DNA of 11,454 nucleotides. It comes from Silvanigrellaceae bacterium. GTDB taxonomy: Bacteria; Bdellovibrionota_B; Oligoflexia; Silvanigrellales; Silvanigrellaceae. This document shows positions 1 to 6,239 of the stretch, in pieces. The position numbers and the translations under genes are program-made. The stretch covers positions 1-11,454 of the forward strand of contig JBMSQQ010000102.1 of the NCBI GenBank assembly GCA_049423385.1, given 5' to 3'. How positions within the stretch are numbered: the stretch's first letter is position 1; the number at the start of each line of letters is the position of its first letter. The notes beneath the pieces were generated by a model. That model saw nothing but the letters and a program-made list of their open reading frames with translations. It did not search any database and had not been told where the DNA came from.

Positions 1-402
1 GGCATCACGGTTGTGCATCGCCTGCAACATCATTTGAACAGCATGACCAATTGTGTGCGCGGCCCGCTCCTGAGGAAGCGCCTTTTGCATTCCAACATCC
101 AGAGAAAAGGCCACCGCTCGCATATTGTTTGACCGGTAAATCATGAAGCGCTGTACTTCAGAACCCATAGCACTTCGGCAGATGTTGTGATGAAAACGCG
201 TCGTCTCGGAACGCTCAAACCCTTCGAGCGAGTGAACGACAACCCTCGAGCCTGTGGAACTCAAAAGGCCATCGACATCCGCGATGTTCTCTGTCGCATG
301 AACTTCGAGTTCTGCATTTTTCAACGACCGAAAATAAAGAGCGCTGTTGGCATTTTTCTTGCACAACAACACGGCCTTTCGCTCAATCTTGCCGTCGGCC
401 AT
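1..402 (-). CDS. Partial protein (runs off the left edge) with an N-terminal degenerate receiver (REC)-like domain
   Basis: Not in the ORF track; translated by hand. ATG at 402-400 follows a G-rich RBS (GGGGGGGAT). The frame is open to base 1: MADGKIERKAVLLCKKNANSALYFRSLKNAELEVHATENIADVDGLLSSTGSRVVVHSLEGFERSETTRFHHNICRSAMGSEVQRFMIYRSNNMRAVAFSLDVGMQKALPQERAAHTIGHAVQMMLQAMHNRDA. The alternating beta/alpha pattern resembles a REC fold without the acidic pocket. The coding call is firmer than the domain call. Confidence 0.6.
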   Translation of the reverse strand, partial: MADGKIERKAVLLCKKNANSALYFRSLKNAELEVHATENIADVDGLLSSTGSRVVVHSLEGFERSETTRFHHNICRSAMGSEVQRFMIYRSNNMRAVAFSLDVGMQKALPQERAAHTIGHAVQMMLQAMHNRDA

Positions 403-435
403 ATCCCCCCCGGATTCTCACGGCTCCGGTATGTG

Positions 436-462
436 GATTCGGCAATACAAAAACGAACTTGA
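436..462 (-). promoter_or_regulatory. Putative sigma28 (FliA)-type promoter for the 402..<1 gene
   Basis: The minus strand reads TCAA-N15-GCCGAATC against the consensus TAAA-N15-GCCGATAA. It lies in the intergenic gap 33 nt upstream of the ATG. Confidence 0.5.
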
Positions 463-468
463 GAGGGT

Positions 469-1488
469 TCACAATGCCAGCAATGCTGCTCCCAATCCCC
501 CTGCAGAATCGCCCAGTTGGTGCTGATAGACGGGTACCCGGCTGTCGGGAAGGAAGGTATGATGCGAAAGCGCCTCGGAGAGCCCCTGATAGATGGATGG
601 CTGTAAACTCAGACCTCCGCCCAACACAAAGTAATGAGGGTCAAAAACAGAGGTCAGGCTGCCGAGGAATCGGGCCAGGTCGCTCCTGTACCGCGCCACC
701 ACAGCCATTGCTGCAGGGTCGGAGGCAGCTGCCTTTTCAAAGATTTCTTTCGCGGAAAGGGGCGCAGGCCCCAGCTGGCTGTAATGCCGTGTGGCCATCA
801 ATGACTCTATTCCAGGGCCCGACAAGTACTGCTCCGCACAACCTGACTGGCCACAATAGCACTGGTGACCATCACGGTAGAGGATGGTGTGTCCCAATTC
901 GCCACCGCCGCCACGCGAACCTTGGACCGTTCTGCCATTGATGACAATTCCACCACCACAACCGGTGCCAAGAATAATTCCCACAGACGTTTGCGAATGG
1001 ACACTCACACCGGTTTTCTGTTCATGCATCAGCCCTGCACCACAGAGAGCTTCAGCCAAGGCAAAACAGTTGGCATCGTTCTCAGCCCGCATGACCACCG
1101 ACGAAGGCAACTTTGCCTTGCGCCGAATGTCGCCCAACAGATCCTGGTTCACCAGAACCATCGTGTTGCCGTTGAGCATGCGGAATGTTTTGGGGTCAAT
1201 CGAGCCAGGAAGTCCAAGGCCGATCCCATGAAGATTTTTTTCATCAACACCGGCAGAGGACAAGGTCGAAGTGATCAGTCCCACCATTTTCTCAACGATG
1301 GCCTGATAACCTTTGTGCCGTTCGGTGGGTTCGCGCATTTTTGCAAGGACCTGGCCATGAAGATGGCCAGAAACGGGATGCGCGCATACGAAAGCATCAC
1401 CCGTCTTGCTCTGCGACGCTTCTTTTTCAAGGCGAAAAAGGGTGGCTTCGATCTTTGTTCCACCCACATCGAAACCCATCAGAAACAT
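469..1488 (-). CDS. ROK family sugar kinase (Mak/NagK-like)
   Basis: Motifs GFDVGGTK (phosphate-1), GLGLPG, ENDANCFALAE, ILGTGCGGG, and the Zn motif GELGH...CYCGQSGCAE. No N-terminal HTH. Start placed at ATG 1488, whose RBS GAGGG overlaps the pyrE stop; the ORF track extends to 1515. Confidence 0.92.
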   Translation of the reverse strand: MFLMGFDVGGTKIEATLFRLEKEASQSKTGDAFVCAHPVSGHLHGQVLAKMREPTERHKGYQAIVEKMVGLITSTLSSAGVDEKNLHGIGLGLPGSIDPKTFRMLNGNTMVLVNQDLLGDIRRKAKLPSSVVMRAENDANCFALAEALCGAGLMHEQKTGVSVHSQTSVGIILGTGCGGGIVINGRTVQGSRGGGGELGHTILYRDGHQCYCGQSGCAEQYLSGPGIESLMATRHYSQLGPAPLSAKEIFEKAAASDPAAMAVVARYRSDLARFLGSLTSVFDPHYFVLGGGLSLQPSIYQGLSEALSHHTFLPDSRVPVYQHQLGDSAGGLGAALLAL

Positions 1489-1498
1489 GTTTTTTCCC

Positions 1499-2167
1499 TC
1501 AATCAATTGAATCATTCATTGCGCTGAAGCCTTCCAGCCAGGCCAAGACTGTGCGCAGTTCGGACTGGGAGATCAAGCCCATGCCCTTGGCAACTTCAAG
1601 AATCTGCACTGTTTCAAACAGAGCCACAAACGGCAGATTGATGCTCTCGAATTTCCGGTGCGACGACGGTATCGCATGTGTCGTGACCGTCGTCGACATC
1701 ACCATCCGGGTATCCAGCTGACGCAAGACTTCAACCGACTTGAGCACGCTCTGACCGGTTGTCATCATGTCATCGACGACCACATGCGGTTTGCGCGGAT
1801 TGAATTCCCCTTCAACCATCTGTTGCAAACCGTGACCTTTTGGCTTTTGGCGCACATAAATGAATTCGCAATCCCATTGATTGGCAAGAGCCATGGCGGG
1901 CGCAATACCGGCGGTTGCCGTTCCGGCAAAAACAACATCGCGCGGAAGGCAGCCCAGATTTTTCAGCTCTGACTCAATTTTTTGGGCCCAGATCGTCACC
2001 AGATTCTTGCGCAGCACTGGATTCGTGAATGCGCGACGATGATCGAGATATATGGGTGCCTTCGCTCCACTCGACAAAACGAAGGGGCTGGAAGCATCGA
2101 CCTTGATGACACCATGATTGAAAAAAAGATCCACGACTGTGGATTCAGGATTTTTGCTGTTGGTCAT
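1499..2167 (-). CDS. pyrE: Orotate phosphoribosyltransferase
   Basis: Motifs FVLSSGAKAPIYLDHR, ATAGIA, flexible loop YVRQKPKGHG and PRPP loop VVVDDMMTTGQS. Start placed at MTNSK (2167), overlapping the upstream gene by 23 nt. Confidence 0.9.
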   Translation of the reverse strand: MTNSKNPESTVVDLFFNHGVIKVDASSPFVLSSGAKAPIYLDHRRAFTNPVLRKNLVTIWAQKIESELKNLGCLPRDVVFAGTATAGIAPAMALANQWDCEFIYVRQKPKGHGLQQMVEGEFNPRKPHVVVDDMMTTGQSVLKSVEVLRQLDTRMVMSTTVTTHAIPSSHRKFESINLPFVALFETVQILEVAKGMGLISQSELRTVLAWLEGFSAMNDSID

Positions 2168-3371
2168 TCCTGTTTTCCCGTGAAGAAAATTTAATACCCA
2201 GGCGTTGAGCACATTCACTTGCGAACTGGAGATTCCACATTGCAGCTGTTGCAACATGCACAACGTCTGCTCCTGCCTTCAAAAACGCTTCAAAATCGTC
2301 AACCGTGGTGCAGCCACCAACACCCACAAGCGCAAAACTTCTACTGTCGAGTCCCAAACTCCTGCGGCACCGGCTCAACTTTCCGATCATCTGGATCGCC
2401 TCATCGCGGATAGCAGCGCCACAGACTCCGCCATGTGCGGATCCGGATCCAAGTGCACGTTCACCTGCGGGAGTTACGATATTCGCACTCACCGTATTGA
2501 TCGCACTGATTCCATGCGCATATTTTGCAATCACTTCGACGGTTGACAAAATATTTTTTTCCGGGACCACGCCCAACTTGATGACAAGTCTCATTTCAGG
2601 AAAATCGGTCAATGCTTCGGACGCTGCGCGCACAGTTTCGGTGAGTGCTTTCAGGTCGGTGAAAATCGGCGCACCCGCCTCGTTCGGACAACTCACGTTC
2701 ATTTCGAGGAGGGAACCACCTGCAGCGCGAACGCATTGAGCGGCAAGCCTGGCAGTGGTGGACGTGTCGAGCAAAAAATCACTCCAGGGTCGGTTTTCCA
2801 GGCGAGAGCCCTGAAAACTCAGGACAGTCATCTTCCCTTGCGAAAAAGCACCCGGCAACAACCGGGAGAAATCCTGGCCCCACTCTTTTGGAGACAAACT
2901 GGGAACGCCAAAAGCATTGGTGATGCTCAGCCGTGACCTGAGCTCACTGTCGAGAAGGTCCTCGGCTCGAAGCGGAACCACTTCAACGGTTGAACGAAAG
3001 TTTTCTCCAGGGTTTGCATTGCGCAGCTGAAAATCGCATCCAACCAGCCTTTCGGGGCAAGCGGCTGAATCCTCATTTGAAAGGAGATTTTGGATTCTCA
3101 GGACATTGGGCCATGGATGACTCTGCCATGAACAGCTGCGCACCGTTTTATAAACCGGCATGCAAAAGCCAGCCTCCAGAGCAACATCAACGTAGGCTGA
3201 AGACAACAACGGCCCTGCCGGCATACCCAACGGAAGATGCAGCGGCACATCGAAAACTCCGAACTGCGGTGCCTGTTCAAAACGCACCACTGGAAACAGC
3301 CCATCCCTGTTCCAAACAGACGACGGGCCATTGCGCAGGTTCTCTTCGTAACTGGCCAGAGGATTATACAT
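2145..3371 (-). CDS. pyrD: FMN-dependent dihydroorotate dehydrogenase-like protein (class 1-like, catalytic Cys)
   Basis: Motifs PAGP, YKT (FMN-binding Lys), ITNAFG, EMNVSCPN (catalytic Cys loop), IKL, AINT, GGVCG and VGVGG. Directly upstream of pyrE. The ATG overlaps the upstream stop (TGATG). Dihydropyrimidine dehydrogenase subunits share these motifs, so the substrate rests partly on context. Confidence 0.78.
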   Translation of the reverse strand: MYNPLASYEENLRNGPSSVWNRDGLFPVVRFEQAPQFGVFDVPLHLPLGMPAGPLLSSAYVDVALEAGFCMPVYKTVRSCSWQSHPWPNVLRIQNLLSNEDSAACPERLVGCDFQLRNANPGENFRSTVEVVPLRAEDLLDSELRSRLSITNAFGVPSLSPKEWGQDFSRLLPGAFSQGKMTVLSFQGSRLENRPWSDFLLDTSTTARLAAQCVRAAGGSLLEMNVSCPNEAGAPIFTDLKALTETVRAASEALTDFPEMRLVIKLGVVPEKNILSTVEVIAKYAHGISAINTVSANIVTPAGERALGSGSAHGGVCGAAIRDEAIQMIGKLSRCRRSLGLDSRSFALVGVGGCTTVDDFEAFLKAGADVVHVATAAMWNLQFASECAQRLGIKFSSRENRNDQQQKS

Positions 3372-4387
3372 CAGGCGAGCCCCAACACCCGCCGACCGTT
3401 TTCGGTTGCAATTCGAATCAATTCCGCCGAGTCGTAAAAATGGGTGGCCTCGAGAAGCATCCTGAGTTCCACCATCGGGTCGCCATCAGCAAATGGTTTG
3501 TAGATGTCCGAGATATTGTCGGACCCGATGGCCACACACAATCCCGCAGGAATCATCTCGTCGATCGGTGTGATTGCATTGTGGGTCGGAGTCAGAACTT
3601 CGTTGCGCCGTGCATCCAGCCAGGCTCCAGGACATGCAACGAAACTCAATCCGGCATCATTGCAAAGTTTGTAGAGCTCTTGTCGATATGACTTTGGTTG
3701 GCAACCAATGCTGATGCCATGAACTGCGGTCACCTTGCCTTCCAGACCATGACGAATCACGGTTCGGGCAAGCTGTTCGGTTTCACGTTCATTTGGATCG
3801 TTGTTTTGATCGACGTGCACATGCACGCGCTTGCCCGTCGCCTTCGCAGCTGACAGAAGCACATCAAGATGTTCCTGCTCTCGTCCTCGATCTGCACCGG
3901 GCAGACCACCAATCACGTCGACGCTTTCCAGCGACTTCTCGAAGAATTGCCGCGCTTCCTCGTTCAAAACACCCTTGAGCGTTTGGCACGCAAGCACAAG
4001 TTTCATTTGCAATTGTTGGGACGCGTATTCTTTTGCACGCAAGGCTGCGTCGAGTGCACGGGTGCCAGCAACCGGGTCGCAGTCAATGAAAGTGAGTGCC
4101 AGACGCACACCGAATTCATGTTGCGCCCGCAGTGCGGATGTGATGTGTGCAAAATAGTCGTCTTCGCTGGCCGACTTCTTCCACGCATCAACCAACTGCC
4201 ACTTTTCCTGCAGCGGGCGTTCCACAACCGCGTCCAACGCGATTGATGATTGCCCCAAAACTGGCTGACCCATGGGCAGATCGGCCGGAGTCACCGAATA
4301 GGCCCTGTCGAAATGCGCATGCGCATTCACGAAACCGCCGGCGGAAATGATCTTTTGCCGCAACTGGGCCAATGGCATCCAGAACAT
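3371..4387 (-). CDS. Metal-dependent amidohydrolase, cytosine deaminase (CodA)-like barrel, substrate unknown
   Basis: Motifs FVNAHAHFD (HxH), HVHVDQ, VTAVHG and IGSDNISDIYKPF align with CodA HIHLD, DVHCDE, VTASH and FGHDDVFDPWYPL. Start is ATG 4387 (7 nt after GGAG) or ATG 4390 (overlapping the argG stop). Confidence 0.85.
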   Translation of the reverse strand: MFWMPLAQLRQKIISAGGFVNAHAHFDRAYSVTPADLPMGQPVLGQSSIALDAVVERPLQEKWQLVDAWKKSASEDDYFAHITSALRAQHEFGVRLALTFIDCDPVAGTRALDAALRAKEYASQQLQMKLVLACQTLKGVLNEEARQFFEKSLESVDVIGGLPGADRGREQEHLDVLLSAAKATGKRVHVHVDQNNDPNERETEQLARTVIRHGLEGKVTAVHGISIGCQPKSYRQELYKLCNDAGLSFVACPGAWLDARRNEVLTPTHNAITPIDEMIPAGLCVAIGSDNISDIYKPFADGDPMVELRMLLEATHFYDSAELIRIATENGRRVLGLA

Positions 4388-4389
4388 CA

Positions 4390-6051
4390 TCAAACTCCAT
4401 TCATCAGGGCTGGCTTTTGTTGCTCGCCACGCGCAGCAATGGGCTTGCGGGCCTGTGTTTTGAGCCGCTCGCAGATGTTCATCAAGACATCATATTCACT
4501 GACCAGCTGAACACCGTTGATGACGCTCCATTTGCGAATTTCCGTCCCATCTCGCACTTCAACGTTGTTGTTTTCAGGGCTCATCACATTGACGATGAGG
4601 TCAAAGCGGTTCTGCTTCAGCAGGTCGAGCAGGTTTGGCTTCTTGTTTGAATCCGAAACTTTGTAGACGCAAACGGCAGGCACGCCAGCCTTTTGCAGGA
4701 CCGCATGTGTGCCCTCGGTTGCAAAAAGAACAAATCCACTGTCGGCAAGCTTGGAAACCAATGGCAAAAACCGCTGCTTCTGCTCTGTGCTGCCAATCGA
4801 AATAAGTGCATAACGCTCTGTTTCACGGGCCATGCGCATCTGCATCGTGTAAATCTCGGTGAATGCAGCAGACGCATTCTGGTTGAACGCATTGCTCTTC
4901 ATGAACGTTGCCAGTTTTTCATCAAACAAACTGTTTGGAGTCTCAACAGCAACAGTTTCTGCACGCCCCTTGAACAGGCGCAACGTCACTGTTCCAGTCA
5001 CTTTTTCGTTCACGGCATCAACGTACATATTGAGGTTGTGCATCAGTGGTTCATACCATTGCGCACCATAGCAGAGGTAACCCCATTTCTGGTCAACAAG
5101 AGTCTTGAATTCGTTTTCCTGGCGGGTGCAGACGTATTTTTCGAGAGTCTCGTGCGCACGGACAATGATGGTTGCAGCCGGCGCTTCATAGATACCGCGA
5201 ACCTTCAATCCAACAACCCGATCCTCAATGTGGTGGGTCACACCAACACCATGGTTTGCACCCATCTCGTTCAACTGCGCAATGAGTGGTACAAGTCCCA
5301 TGTCCTGACCGTTCAGCTGAACGGGAAGCCCCTTGAGGAAGCCAATCGTGATCGTCGTCGGTTCGTGAGGAGTTTCCTCGATGGGCTTGCAGATCTGAAG
5401 AATATTCTTGAGAGGTGGAACGAGCGCGGGGTTTTCGATTTCGCCACCCTCTGCAGAGATTCCCCACATGTTGTCGTCGTAGCTGTAGGGTGAATCTGCA
5501 GTTTGTTTGACCGGTATGTTGTGCTGACGCGCGTATTCCAATTCTTCGTCGCGGCCCATTCCCCACTCGCGCACGGGTGCGATGATCTTCATTTCTGGAG
5601 CCAGCGTCAGGATGCTCCCTTCAAGCCGAACCTGATCGTTTCCTTTGCCTGTGCAGCCATGTGCAATGCAGTCGCAGCCTTCCGCGCGCGCAACATCGAC
5701 GGCAAGCTTCGCCAACAAGGGGCGACCCAGCGGTGTCGCAAGGTGATAGTCACCTTGATAACGCGCGTTTGCCTTGATTCCTTTGGCCAGGTACTCGTAG
5801 GCAAATTCGTTTTTCGCATCCACAACCACAGCCTTGATGGCTCCAAGGCGAAGCGCCTTTTGACGAATTTCCTCGAGGTTGTCTGCCTGCTGACCAATAT
5901 CGATGGTCAGGGCGATGACTTCTGCCTGGTATTCATCCTGAATCCATTTGAGCATCACGCTGGTGTCGAGTCCGCCCGAGTAAAGGAGAACCACTTTGCG
6001 GATTTCACCCTTGCGACCTTCATATGAGGAAACCTTCATGTAATTGTTCAT
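4390..6051 (-). CDS. argG: Argininosuccinate synthase with a C-terminal MGS-like (CarB allosteric-type) domain
   Basis: Motifs LLYSGGLDTS (PP-loop), TPLGRP, HGCTGKGNDQVR, APVREW, YSYDDNMWGISAEGG and EDRVVGLKVRGIYEAP. About 140 extra C-terminal residues include ATEGTHAVL, YKVS, PNLLDLLK, DLIVN and DGTEIR. Start at ATG 6051, with GGGAGGT 9 nt upstream. Confidence 0.92.
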   Translation of the reverse strand: MNNYMKVSSYEGRKGEIRKVVLLYSGGLDTSVMLKWIQDEYQAEVIALTIDIGQQADNLEEIRQKALRLGAIKAVVVDAKNEFAYEYLAKGIKANARYQGDYHLATPLGRPLLAKLAVDVARAEGCDCIAHGCTGKGNDQVRLEGSILTLAPEMKIIAPVREWGMGRDEELEYARQHNIPVKQTADSPYSYDDNMWGISAEGGEIENPALVPPLKNILQICKPIEETPHEPTTITIGFLKGLPVQLNGQDMGLVPLIAQLNEMGANHGVGVTHHIEDRVVGLKVRGIYEAPAATIIVRAHETLEKYVCTRQENEFKTLVDQKWGYLCYGAQWYEPLMHNLNMYVDAVNEKVTGTVTLRLFKGRAETVAVETPNSLFDEKLATFMKSNAFNQNASAAFTEIYTMQMRMARETERYALISIGSTEQKQRFLPLVSKLADSGFVLFATEGTHAVLQKAGVPAVCVYKVSDSNKKPNLLDLLKQNRFDLIVNVMSPENNNVEVRDGTEIRKWSVINGVQLVSEYDVLMNICERLKTQARKPIAARGEQQKPALMNGV

Positions 6052-6085
6052 CAGCGCTGGACCTCCCGCAAACAGAATTTCAGGC

Positions 6086-6111
6086 AAAAAAAAACCCGCT
6101 CAACGCGGGTT
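6086..6111 (-). terminator. Intrinsic terminator, possibly an attenuator, just upstream of argG
   Basis: The minus strand reads AACCCGC-GTTGA-GCGGGTT-TTTTTTT: a 7-bp stem, a 5-nt loop and 9 consecutive U after GCGGG. It ends 34 nt before the argG ATG. Confidence 0.85.
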
Positions 6112-6122
6112 AAAATTTAATA

Positions 6123-6182
6123 TCAGGTGGGGTTTGGAGTCCCTTCAGCATGCACGTCTTGAACAGCGAACACCACAGGCAT
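6123..6182 (-). other. Possible 19-aa leader ORF (MPVVFAVQDVHAEGTPNPT)
   Basis: ATG at 6182 with AAGGGG 9 nt upstream; TGA at 6125-6123, 11 nt before the terminator stem. Short enough to arise by chance. Confidence 0.3.
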
Positions 6183-6239
6183 CTCTACCAACCCCTTCGA
6201 AAATCTTTCGTAAAGGGCTACGGGAGTCTGGTGGGAATG

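Noticed and set aside
2168..2263. Longer ORF-track starts for pyrE (2263), and likewise argG (6087) and ROK (1515)
   Set aside because: They run deep into the upstream gene or the terminator; downstream ATGs fit the RBS position or family length better.
3371..4387. Calling the amidohydrolase pyrC or codA
   Set aside because: It lacks the dihydroorotase HxHxR signature and the CodA catalytic Glu, so no symbol was assigned.
187..6027. Many plus-strand ORFs (for example 865-1527, 2990-3691, 4693-5493)
   Set aside because: Antisense shadows of well-supported minus-strand genes.
6052..6239. A known riboswitch (ykkC/PRPP/guanidine, ZTP, purine, c-di-GMP) or PyrR site in the argG leader
   Set aside because: No consensus elements were recognisable by eye; an Infernal/Rfam scan would be needed to exclude them.
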